Shown here one piece after another: positions 1 to 11,150 of a DNA stretch of 33,197 nucleotides. The position numbers and the translations under genes were made by a program. The stretch covers positions 42,144,175-42,177,371 of the forward strand of contig NC_068992.1 of NCBI RefSeq assembly GCF_001194135.2, in the 5' to 3' direction. This DNA comes from Octopus bimaculoides (taxonomy: Eukaryota). Below the pieces are notes generated by a model that ran no database searches, was not told where the DNA came from, and was given only the letters and a program-made list of their open reading frames with translations. Each line of letters begins with the position of its first letter. The first letter of the stretch is position 1.

Positions 1-134
1 TATAGGGTTTACAAAGACTGAAGGGCCGCTGCAATAAGTGTGTGAATGAGAGAGGGGAATATGTTGAATAAAATCATAATGAACTGATCCTACTGTATTC
101 CTTTTACATAAGGCCGGAACATTTTCAGCACTCC
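1..134 (+). mobile_element. 3' end of a mariner-type DNA transposon remnant (transposase C-terminus plus right TIR), cut by the window edge
   Basis: 6-71 translates GLQRLKGRCNKCVNERGEYVE*, matching the typical mariner C-terminus (G..KL..RW.KC+...G.YVE*). The downstream sequence is clearly homologous to 14200-14329. Confidence 0.75.
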
Positions 135-219
135 ACACACACACACACACATACACACACACACACACACACACAGACTGACATACATACATACATACAT
201 ACATACATACATACATACA
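134..219. repeat. Compound microsatellite (CA)n then (TACA)n
   Basis: Directly visible tandem repeats. Confidence 0.95.
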
Positions 220-1270
220 AAAATACACTGTTGTTGATGTTGAAATTCCAATGAAGGAGCCTTGAACCTAGGCTAGAATCCGGTTCTTTCTCTATTCGCC
301 AAAAAAATCTTGAAATAAACTGAATAATGGCATATATATGATTACAGAGAAAGACAAAGACAGCGACAGAGACAGAGAGTAATCTGTATATCGAAATCGA
401 AGCAAATACGTCATTGAAAACATCCTAAAAATGTGCCGAGATTGCGTCTATGACAGAAGAATAATGTTAAAAAACACAGGAATATGCCAGTAGCGCAAGA
501 AAATTGTTCCGCAATCGTGGTAGCACTCCGAAATATTTACCGACGACCGTGTCCGCAAGATAAAGAGTGGATGTAAGAGTAAAGCAGGTGAGGAGATATG
601 ATGATAATGATTCAAATAAACAAATAAATATTTCTTGGGTTAGGTATATAAAAAGAGATTAAGCAATGTCTGCAAACTTTCAGTCGATGAATATTCCAGT
701 ATAAATATATAGGTACTTATATATTAACATGGCGATATTATATAATGTACAAAAGTAAAGAAAATTAAAGGGGAGAACGTATGGTATTACAATCTCAACA
801 GCTGTTTCTGTTGGCTCGGACTTACTTCATAATTTTGGCCGATGTACTTCACAAAAATGTGCAACCAGTCATGGAAGCAAATGCATGTTAGGGAAGATCC
901 GAGCTGTGTCCTCCGGGTGGAGTGAAAAACAAATGTTTAATAGAACAAAGTTTTGGTTCGATAAGAATATATCATACCTATTGCATGTGACACTGGGTTC
1001 AATAGCAATATATAGATGTATTTTTATTCATAATTTTATTCATGTACAAACCGACCGGTTTTGTTCAAACGCTCGTAACTAAGGAATCAATGTAATGCAG
1101 AAAATTTCATTCTTGAACTTAATATTTCATACTCCTCACCTAACATATTATACTGTGAGTTTCAGAATAACTTCTTTTAGGGAAAATTGTGCAATTCTAT
1201 TAATTCTGTCAGCCAGTAATCGTACCATGCTGACTTAAGCCAGAGTCGCATTTATTTAAGGCTCATGCAT

Positions 1271-1272
<2 letters not shown>

Positions 1273-1317
<45 letters not shown>
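1273..1317. repeat. (GT)n microsatellite
   Basis: Directly visible. Confidence 0.95.
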
Positions 1318-1318
<1 letters not shown>

Positions 1319-2064
1319 TCATATATGTGTGCCGTGCGCGTGTGTAAATGCTTGTTTTTTATGAAACAGAGTCAGTAATGAGGCCACAAAATGTGTGACG
1401 AAAAAAAATTTGACTGGAGTATAAATTAAAATATCTGAATAAATAGAAGAGTGAGGCCCAATTAAATAGGGCGTGTGTTTAAGTGAGCAACAACGCCGTC
1501 GTGTCGCTCCTAAATATCATTGTTTGGTTTATAGTCAGATACAAGACATTCAGGATATTCTTTGTTTCGTCTCAAACCCGTGTAACATTTCAGGATAAAA
1601 TTAGTAAATGTCTCAGTAAAGAGAAATTTCTAATTTTTTTGAGTTAGCTTCTCTGAGAAATTTAAACTTTTATAGCAGAGAAAGGAAAGGTATAGTACAA
1701 GAAAACATTAGCACATTGAAGCCTGTTTCTTTCCTGCTTGAGTATTTTGAACGAGATTTTAAGGTAAACGAAAACTACAATTTGATATTTAAACGGAAGT
1801 GAAATCATATGATTTTCTTTTATAGAATTCGGTGAGAATAACCTTTTAGAATTTCTATTCTTGCTTTGAGTTGATGATTAGGATATTGCCTCATAAACGA
1901 AGACATCTGCAACGCAGATAAAGAAGATAATTGCAGTGACATTCAAGTATATTCATTATCATATAACAAAAGTTAACAGATTCTGAGCTCCTTATAATAT
2001 GCCATGTGAAGAAACTTCTAGAAATGAAAATATTTGGCATTATGAGCTTTGAACAGAAAAGGGA

Positions 2065-2326
2065 GATCTTACGTTACCAGTTCCAAAATTGTCACTTAAA
2101 CCACGTGTGTTTATTTACATCACATCGGCCTTTTCCGTAAAAGGGTTTTAGGGTTAGGGTTAGGGTTAGGGTTAGGGTTAGGGTTGCGGTTAGGGTTACG
2201 GTTAGGGTTAGGGAATTCCGTCCCTAACCCTAAGCCCAAAACCATTTTACAGAAAAGGCCGATGTGATGTAAATAAACACACGTGGTTTATTTAAAAGAC
2301 AACTTTGGAACTGGTAGCGTAAGATC
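2065..2326. mobile_element. Palindromic MITE-like element with ~95-105 bp arms and a telomeric-repeat core
   Basis: The left arm GATCTTACGTTACCAGTTCCAAAATTGTC... (from 2065) is the near-perfect reverse complement of 2222-2326, apart from a few substitutions and one 4-nt indel. Both ends are GATC. Confidence 0.8.
2148..2233. repeat. Interstitial head-to-head telomeric repeats (TTAGGG)11 - AATTCCGT - (CCCTAA)2
   Basis: Eleven hexamers at 2148-2213 (nine perfect, plus TTGCGG and TTACGG). CCCTAA x2 at 2222-2233 is followed by a degenerate GCCCAA. Confidence 0.95.
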
Positions 2327-2559
2327 GTTCAGGTAAGCATAATGTTCAAAGCCCATAATTCCATAATTCTCTTGTAGAATTGTGTGCGTCATAAAATGGT
2401 GAGTTTATAGATTTCAATACGTTTGCCTCCATTACTTACAGCTGTGAACACATTCTGAAAAATACATATTTACATGCATAGATCCATTCATACACGCACA
2501 CACGTAAGCACACGCACACACTCATACACACACATACACAAATACATATAATATATTTA

Positions 2560-2900
2560 AAAAGGTAAAGATCCCCTTCGGTCAGGAATGGCCATGGAAT
2601 TCCAACAAGAATGTTCCTCATCGAGTCAAAAGTCTCGAGTTTGGTTAAGGTTGTTTATCGAAAACCAGCAGTCTCCCGTGGATACGAGCCCCCGCTTCTC
2701 CATGTCACTGATGCCATCGAAGGGAAAGCAAAGGCCGATAGAGCTTGGCACCAGTGTCATCACAGCTCATTTCTACAGCTGAGTGAAGTGGGGTAATGTG
2801 AAAATAAAGTGACTTGCTCAAAAGCACAGCACACAGCCCGGCCTGGAAATCGAATTCATCTCATGAAAGTCACAGCTAGATCTCATTGTGCACGCGACCA
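2560..2900 (-). mobile_element. SINE (family sharing the CTGAGTGAA...GTGAAATAAAGTGACTTGCTCAA core with 23120-23340); degenerate tRNA-like head at the right end
   Basis: The core at ~2778-2835 aligns by eye with ~23215-23270. I recognise it from memory as a common octopus repeat. Confidence 0.65.
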
Positions 2901-2959
2901 TATGCTACGAGGTGCCAGCGCGCTACAAAACTCGTGTAGGAACTATCTATACCAGTTCG

Positions 2960-3011
<52 letters not shown>

Positions 3012-3122
3012 NNNNNNNNNNNNNNNNNNNNNNNNNNNNNNNNNNNNNNNNNNNNNNNNNNNNNNNNNNNNNNNNNNNNNNNNNNNNNNNNNNNNNNNNN
3101 NNNNNNNNNNNNNNNNNNNNNN
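3012..3122. other. Assembly gap between (CA)n and (TA)n
   Basis: N-run. Confidence 1.
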
Positions 3123-3177
<55 letters not shown>

Positions 3178-4580
3178 TATATATATATATACAGGCCGAA
3201 TCTTGACAGCCGAGAAAATTCTTGTTTAAGAATAAACCTGTACTTTGTAAAATATAGCTTAACCTCTCACATTTATATGACGTTATGTTATGCAGGCATT
3301 TATTTTGCAAGATTCTAGATGTGAAAACGTGTATTGAAATAAATATTTCTATACTTGGACATGGTCGTTATTCTTTCCAATTAAACACACGCACCATTTA
3401 TTTGATATTCGCTTTACTTATTATTCGTATTATAAGGGTAAAATGGATTTGTAACTTAAGTATATTTATAAAAGAACATTATTCTCCTCTACATAATAGC
3501 TGAGGATGGTATTGCTCAATATAGATATGTGTGTGTATGTGTACACAGGTGTGTGCATATACACATAGAAGCATAATAGTATATCTCGCTTCCCTCCCTC
3601 TGTCTGCGCAGGTCACGAGTTCAAATGCCTTTCAAATGATTCCTCGGGGAAAATGTAAAACATTAAGATCATTTGTCTGTAGATTAATGCCTATATAAGC
3701 AATTTAAAAGTCTCTTCCTCATCTTGCGCCGGAGGCTTTTATCAGAATGAAAGAAATAGCATGGCGAACATTTGACATTAAAACAACGAAGTGCAGCGTG
3801 AACTATCATTGATTTTCTCCGTAAATCACCGTTCATCTTCATTATCAAAGGACATAAAAGTCGAATTCTTTCTTACTATATCGCTAAATACGATGAGGAA
3901 AACGGAGTTCGTTCGTATATCTTTTCCATCAGTATGCAGTGCCTTAAGGAATGTTTTGAAATTATGTTGACCTACATTACTTTCGATGATACTAAGTAAA
4001 ATAGATACGGTTGGTGATGTACGAAATGTCTTTCGATAAATAACAAAAGTGTGACATATATTCCTTGATACGAAGGTAGATAATTCCTTCATTAAATATT
4101 CGAGTCACTAGCCAGGAGCGATTTTAAATCAGGTGAAAGTAAATTCCTGTATCAAGACGTCTAGACAATCAAATAATTGGCTTTATTTATTCACTAATCA
4201 ACTACAATACACAAACAGACATTTTATTTAACATTTTAAAAATCTTCCCATAAGCATGTTGTTTTTTTAGGTCAGGCTTTATCTTTAAAGATATCAAAAT
4301 AAATGTTGAAATGTAAGGAAATACAAAATAATTTTTTTTTTTTGTTAAAAATTTCATATTATTCCATATATTGTCACATACATTGATTTTCACATATGTT
4401 CACTATGTATGACAAACATCTATGTTTCTTATAATTTTTTTTTTCCTCTGTAATATATACTCTATATTGTTAAAAAAAATATATGCTTTATACGTAAAAG
4501 TACATTATATAGTTTTATGAGTTTAACCGTTTGTTGGGTTATTGTGGAGATGAAAATGCGCATGCTCACTCGTTTCTAGA

Positions 4581-4880
4581 GTTGTTGTTGTTGTTGGCAC
4601 TCCGTCGCTTACGACGTCGAGGGTTCCAGTTGATCCGATCAACGGAACAGCCTGCTCGTGAAATTAACGTGCAAGTGGCTGAGCACTCCACAGACACGTG
4701 TACCCTTAACGTAGCTCTCGGAGATATTCAACGTGACACGGTGTGACAAGGCTGACCCTTTGAATTACAGGCACAACAGAAACAGGAAGTAAGAGTGAGA
4801 GAAAGTTGTGGTGGAAGAGTACAGCAGGGTTCGCTACCATCCCCTGCCGGAGCCTCGTGGGGCTTTAGGTGTTTTCGCTC
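4581..4880 (-). mobile_element. SINE-like repeat with a (CAA)n tail, apparently 5'-truncated
   Basis: (GTT)5 at 4581-4595 abuts a GC-richer ~285-bp body. I recognise it from memory as an abundant octopus repeat. Simple trinucleotide tails are typical of LINE-mobilised SINEs. Confidence 0.6.
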
Positions 4881-5645
4881 CTCCATTGCGTGGAGGTCGG
4901 TGTTATTGTTCCATTCATGTTTTCTGTTGAGGCTCGGTCTGTCTTGTGCTACGTGTGTAGCTTCTGTGATCTAAATGTCGCGTCCGTTCTATGCGTTGAT
5001 AATACATTATCCTTTATTCTATTAACCAAGCCTCTACGTCCTGCTTGAGCATGCTGGTACAGCATTGACGAGGCTTTCTCTTTATTGAGCTCCCGCCAGC
5101 GTTCACCTATATGCTCCTCTATGCTGAATATATATATGTGTGTGTATGTGTGTGTATACATATATATACAAATGATTATATGTATATGCATATATATATA
5201 TACAACACCACCTTGCCAGGCTTTCATGCTTTTATCGGAATGCACCATGTTGAAGGAATTGAGACAACTAAAACGTCGGGTTGAATTATGTTGCTTTTTT
5301 TCGTCCATATTTACCAATCTCTTAAACAAAATTCTCACCAAATAGCCTCGTCTATCAGAGAGCGTATATATATATAAAAATATGCGAGTGTGTCATTTCC
5401 TATAGGGGTGTTTTTTGTGTGCCACAGTGTATTTATTTATATACGGTGGTATTCAAATATGAAACAAATTTTAGTTGCAAAAAAATTTAAACTTGAGACA
5501 CTTCCTGTAATAACATTCCTAAATATTAAAGAAAACGTGACTGAATGTCTATAGTCTCTTTACTGAAATGTTGTTTACCTAGCTATATGGAGGTAAAAAT
5601 ATCATTTTCTATATATATACACCTGTCTGCTAATATATATATATA

Positions 5646-5676
5646 TGGATTTGGTAGACGGAAACTGAAAGAAGCC

Positions 5677-5681
<5 letters not shown>
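5646..5681 (+). mobile_element. Short internal fragment of SINE family 2
   Basis: GGATTTGGTAGACGGAAACTGAAAGAAGCCC matches 17008-17037 and the reverse complement of ~29505-29540. Confidence 0.7.
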
Positions 5682-5716
<35 letters not shown>

Positions 5717-6704
5717 CCTTCTTTGTGTGTGTGTGTGTCTGTGTCTGTGTCTGTGTGTGTGTGTGAAAGCATGTATGTTTATACGTATATATCCGTATAC
5801 ATTTATGTGTTGCGAGGAACAGGAGCTCGATACCTAAACTAAATGATACCTAAAGCTCTAAAATCTCTGCATAATTTCGATTTTCCTGATTTTTCCCTGT
5901 TTCGGTCAGAAACTTATGTTAGAAATTATTTTGATGTAAAGCATTGTACGGAAACCTGTATTGTCTTTTATGGGAAGTGTCATGATAAATTATGGATATA
6001 AACAACATCAGTGCTTGTTCCTTTTTCCTATTTCACTTCTTTTCCTTCTACGACGTTATGTTCCCTTTCATTACATTCTTCGTACTGTCCTGCAATTCTT
6101 TCACGTAGGCTAAGAGACGTTTGTCTGTAGGTTTTGGTGTTGTACTTTTTATTGTCTTTCCATGTATCTTATTTAGTACACAACGTGTTCAGTTTTCTCA
6201 TTATGTTTTGGCTTTGTTGTACACAGAATTCAGCTGTACATAACCTGCACTATTCTTTTTTAATAGGTGTGATATATATAGTAGCGAATTTTTATCATTA
6301 CAGAAATTGAAAATGTCGAACCGTTTTTTTTCTTTTTACTTCATGGTCAATTGAAGTATTTGCTCCAGTACATGGCACTTACACCATTAACATCATTAAT
6401 GATGGTCGTTTCACACTTTTCTATGGTTCCTCTATGCATCCCTGATTCGATTTTGTTGGTTGTATCAAGAGAATTACGTGAAAAATTCCACTTGCTGCCA
6501 CAGTTCATTCGACGGGCACATGAGATTCGATTTTTATGATTCTTCCATAGTTTCGTGAGATGTTAATTTTTGCGCCCGATTTCATAGCAGACCTCTTGAG
6601 GACAAGGTAGTTATCGTAGGTTCGGTATTTTAGGAATGGAAGATTTATTCGTTGCCACTTATAAATTCTAACCATAGTTTCATATGTATGTGTTTGTGTG
6701 TGAG

Positions 6705-6744
<40 letters not shown>

Positions 6745-6910
6745 AACATACATACAATGGACTTCAGTACAGTATCCCTTAAACAAATTTCACTCCCAAA
6801 GCAAAAGCCTGCACGGGGCTCTAATGGAAGACGCCTGCTGAAATTACCAGGGACTGAGACCTAGAACAAGTGCTCAGCAAATGGGCTTTTTATTCACACA
6901 ACCATGCCTG
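6745..6910 (-). mobile_element. Diverged 5' half of SINE family 2
   Basis: Collinear by eye with 29500-29665, but heavily substituted. Confidence 0.5.
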
Positions 6911-7172
6911 AATAAATTCGTAGCACAATAATCAAATGTGTACAGCCATGTGACTATTATAGGCGGTATTTGACATGCGAGGTATAACATATAATAGCAT
7001 TTCTTAATATATAAAATTCTATATTTCCGAGATAAGCATAAATTTATTAATAGCTGCGTGCATCTGGGTGTCTATCGATTGCGTGTGTGTGTGTGAATGT
7101 GTGTGATGTGTTTGTGTGTGCTTGTATAAAACTTCGCTGAATGATAATATTTGTCTTTAGTGCAAATTACGC

Positions 7173-7433
7173 AAGTCCTTCTTCAACATCCCAAAGTGAT
7201 TCGGCGCCAGAACCCTGGCCAAGAATGTTTGGTCCTTGGAAGAAAACGCAACAAAGCGCAACTTAAAGTGGAAGATCCTGGAGAAATGTAAACCCACACT
7301 TCATTAGTAGCAGGAAGTGCAGGATGTGCCTCGTTGAGAATAGTGTAATCTTAATAGCCAGCGGCCGGATATTTACCTGAACTGCAGAAGTGAAGTATTT
7401 AATCCTTGCACACATGGAAACAAGTATATCCTA
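7173..7433 (+). mobile_element. Decayed Penelope-like retroelement ORF tail (region after the GIY-YIG core), with stops and frameshifts
   Basis: Three frames give TLAKNVWSLEENATKRNLKWKILEKCKP / SSRKCRMCLVENSVIL / YLNCRSEVFNPCTHGNKYIL. This matches the PLE C-terminal pattern L.K.+W.LK......+KW.I+.......KC.LCL.E...I.....LN.RSE....C.H..K+.L. Confidence 0.85.
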
Positions 7434-7904
7434 CCGTATCTACGCAACCGATCCCCAGCCTCGGTCATCCACCAATACCCTCGATTCCGTCAAAGAGTTT
7501 GACCAGACATACACCAACGCACCCACATACATGCACGCACGCCCAAATAAGGCGGATACCTACCAGATAGACCATTTTCCACCACCTCCAACATATACCC
7601 TATACACACATTGTATCCTCACATATATAAACCCCACCACATTCTCACACATTGTACCCCTACACACACACACACACACACACATGACACCACAACACAT
7701 ATCACACATCCTATTCCCATTGGAACGCACACTTAATAACGCGCACTTTTCCCCACAAACGCTTTATAGCGAATGCCACCAAGGGACATAACTCCTAACC
7801 TAATCTCCTGCTCATTTTCGGTGAACCAGCTTTTTCAGAGCAATCGCAAACCGGATGTGTCCATTCAACTCTGACAATACAGAGCAGTCACCAAATTCCT
7901 TTTA

Positions 7905-8006
7905 CATCGGCTAGCTCTGATGAGCGTAGGGTTATATAATCGGATTTTTATCTAACACTCAATTGTATTCCTAGTGCGAAATCGGTTGGTAAGACCGGCT
8001 GTGATG
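7905..8006 (+). ncRNA. Type I hammerhead ribozyme in the putative pLTR/3' UTR of the Penelope-like element
   Basis: CUGAUGA at 7917-7923. Stem II pairs GCGUAGGG (7924-7931) with UCCUAGUGC (7969-7977), one bulge. GAAA at 7978-7981. Short stem III AUC-[GGUU]-GGU. GUA cleavage triplet at 7989-7991. Stem I is interrupted: CU 7915-7916 with AG 7992-7993, and CAUC 7905-7908 with GAUG 8003-8006. Confidence 0.7.
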
Positions 8007-8034
8007 GATATACAATACTGTACTTTTCGGATAA

Positions 8035-8073
<39 letters not shown>

Positions 8074-8212
8074 NNNNNNNNNNNNNNNNNNNNNNNNNNN
8101 NNNNNNNNNNNNNNNNNNNNNNNNNNNNNNNNNNNNNNNNNNNNNNNNNNNNNNNNNNNNNNNNNNNNNNNNNNNNNNNNNNNNNNNNNNNNNNNNNNNN
8201 NNNNNNNNNNNN
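8074..8212. other. Assembly gap between (CT)n and (TA)n
   Basis: N-run. Confidence 1.
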
Positions 8213-9849
8213 ATATATATACGTGTGTGTGTGTGTTTGTGTTTGTCACGCGTCTGTGTGTGTGTGTGTGTGTGTAGATATACAGAAACTCAGAAAGTTT
8301 TCTCCTCGTTGTTAGATCAATTTTTTTTCACACACAGGAACATAGTTAAGTCTACACAACTGCAAATTCAAACATCGAAGAGATCTTTCCATTGATTCTT
8401 ATAATGAAGACAATTGACTCCTGATACTTCCGAAGACATCAACGGAATATTTTTCTTATGGTTTCTAACTTCCGAATTATCCATGCTGTAAATATTCTTG
8501 TCTTAATTCTGGCGAGATTTTTTTCGCATCTTCAGTATCTTTTTTTCATCTTTGCTTTCCACATACTTTATACCGTTGTTACTTACAAATGGCTTTTACC
8601 TAATTATCTCCCTTCACAATGACCCAATAAAGTCGTTTGGTCGGTGGTACATGTATTTCAATATCAGCAAACACAGTAATCTTCAAACTCTTTGTTTCTT
8701 TAGATGCTTGATATACCATTTATAGAAATGGTATTTCAAAATCGAGAAATCGTGTATATTCTTATTAAGATTCTAAATTAAAATTCCGTTCATCACGATT
8801 GTCCTTTCTTTACTTCCGGTGCCAATTTTACTTACTCCAATACGTCTTCCGAAACACTTTCGCCTTGCACCCCAATTTAGAGATTCCTATTTGGCCTGGT
8901 TATAATAAACCGTAAAATTAATAAAACAATATATTTGTTAACTGGTTAAATTTTTAACTAGTTGACTAATTGTAATAAAGGAAGTGAAATACACTCAGTG
9001 CCTGAGTTTTCATTTCCATGATGACCCTCCCAAGATACAACTAAATCTATCTCAACACATGATTTCACATTAACTATCTTGGAAGCCAGATATAAAACAA
9101 GAATACTCACAATGTTTCTAAATCGCTTTTGAACGCATTAACTCTGTTATGATTTATGGAACCTTGTATTTGGCAGACGGGAATAGTAACTGGGTAATTA
9201 GTTTTAATGTGCAGAATTCATTAACATGTCATAATGTTTAATTAAATGTATATTATATCTAAAACTGGATTTCACTCAACATCATTGTTAACTGATAGTC
9301 ATTAGGTGTCTGAACTGTATCACTGTGTCATTATATAAATGCTTGCATTCACCTACATTTCGGAAATTAATCAAGTCGCTATTTTCAATATTTGTAAGAC
9401 ATTTGTCTCTGTCACTCAAATATTGATTATTTACTGGGCGTGAACAATAAAACTCATTAATGAATAACGTAAATAATAAGTAAAATGATGTTGAAATATA
9501 TATTTAAGTAACTCTGTTTTTCTCTTGTATTAAACAGCCTTAATAAATACATCAAGAGCAAGTCGTTTAGTATGGCATAAACGATTCCGAAAATCCAGGC
9601 CTTCAAATCAGTTTCCAGCAGAAACGCAATACAAGACCTTTGGGTAAATGAATAGTAAATTTATTGATTCTAGTATACGAATGGTATTTTATTGCATCGA
9701 CCATACATGAATGAAATGTAAATTTGGCATGTTCTACATTTGAACTAAATCGACATTTCAAAATATTGCAAAGTATTCTCATCGATACGCTGGTGATTCT
9801 GCTGATTGATCGCATTTAATTTCTAAAATAAACACAAGGTCAAAGATAA

Positions 9850-11150
9850 ACGTAAGGACATAATATTTAAGGTAGGGTGTGAGTTAGTCGCTTTATTCAG
9901 CTTCACTACTTGAGTAGTGGATTAGGTTATGATCCGGGATGTATGTAAGGCAGTTTACTTCTGTCTGATTGGAGCTCAGAAAAAAATGATTTTAACACAA
10001 AGAAACCTAAGGTATTTTCTGATACTATAACATTTCCACCAACACACCACTTCCCATGAAAAATAAAAACAAATACAGCAAATGAGGATTTCTAATCTAA
10101 GTCCGAAATTTTGAGAGAATTGGAGTCAGTCGATTATGTCTATCCCACTACATGTCCAGTACAATACTTTATCGAAACCAGAAGGATGAAAAGTGAAGTT
10201 AACCGGAGAAGGATTTGAACACAGAACTTAACTACCAAGAAAGAATAAGCTGTACATTTTGTTCGACGCCGTAAGATTTTATCAATCCGTTTTAACAGAA
10301 TTGTTTCTAAGTTATGCACAGGGACAGCAATGTTAATGGGAGAGTGGTAATTGATATAATCGATTGCTGTACCTGACCGTTGCTCTATTTTAATGACCCA
10401 GAAGATTGGAAATTTGACCTCAGGCAACATTGGACATGTATAAAGCGCCAGAAGTTGCTACCGTGCCATCTTAGATATTACAAAGATATCTGATTGAAAA
10501 AAATGGCCAGAAATTATTAGTTTCCATCTGATAAAATCGACTCTAATACCTAACTGCTTCTTTACTTTCTCGACCCCAAGGAGCTGAAGGATTTAATTTG
10601 CTACGGAAGAATTTGAATGGAGAACGTAGGGCCCCAGGAAAAATATCGCCAGTCATTTTTTTTATACAATCCATCCCCTTTGAAATAATTATTTATAATG
10701 AATGCACAAGGCCAGCAGTTTTAAAGGGAGGGTGTTAGTCGATATCACTGATTACGTGTTTGACTTGTACTTAACTAACCACGTAGGATAGAACGGTAAT
10801 GTTCACTGAAGGAAAATTTGAACTCAGGACGTCAATCCCGAAACAAAAGTGACAAATCCTTCTTTACTTGAAACGTTTATTTGACCTCCAAGGAATTTGA
10901 ACCTGAAACACTTCGGAAGAGATGTCCTCTGACACTTTGCCGACGCTCTAAAACTATGTCACTTCGTTAACTTCATTTCAAATTTTGGCACAAGCTTATC
11001 ACCTTCAAAAAGAGAGGGCAGGTCTATTATATTCACTCCAGTACGTAAACCTGGAATGATGGAAGTTAAATTTTACTGCAGTAGAATCTGAACTAACAAT
11101 GTAAAGGCGCAAAGGCACGGAACAAGTGTCGTTAGTCAGTTTCTTTTCTC
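9850..11150 (-). mobile_element. Tandem cluster of about seven diverged family-1 tRNA-derived SINE copies, all on the minus strand
   Basis: The B-box-like motif (GAATTTGAACTCAGAA on plus) recurs at ~9970, 10212, 10430, 10610, 10815, 10894 and 11084. Most copies also have the upstream GCACAAGG..AAATTT and AGTCGATT motifs seen in intact copies such as 31974-32188. Confidence 0.65.

Noticed and set aside
2148-2233. Ancestral fusion of two different chromosomes
   Set aside because: Both flanks are the same ~85-bp sequence in mirror image and stop sharply at GATC, which fits a small element rather than two subtelomeres.
2057-2338. Perfect plus-strand donor CAG|GTAAGC beside the telomeric palindrome; the empty site would read as an 18-nt exon AAAAGGGAGATCGTTCAG
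   Set aside because: Weak acceptor, opposite strand to the supported gene, and it depends on assuming a GATC TSD.
6340-6640. Minus-strand HKNRISCARRMNCGSKWN weakly like a Tc1 transposase segment
   Set aside because: No DDE motif or TIR is recoverable, and the similarity is at chance level by eye.
9850-11150. Regularly spaced motif resembling a CRISPR-like or tRNA gene array
   Set aside because: The units are whole degenerate SINE bodies; there are no identical short repeats with unique spacers and no cloverleaf.
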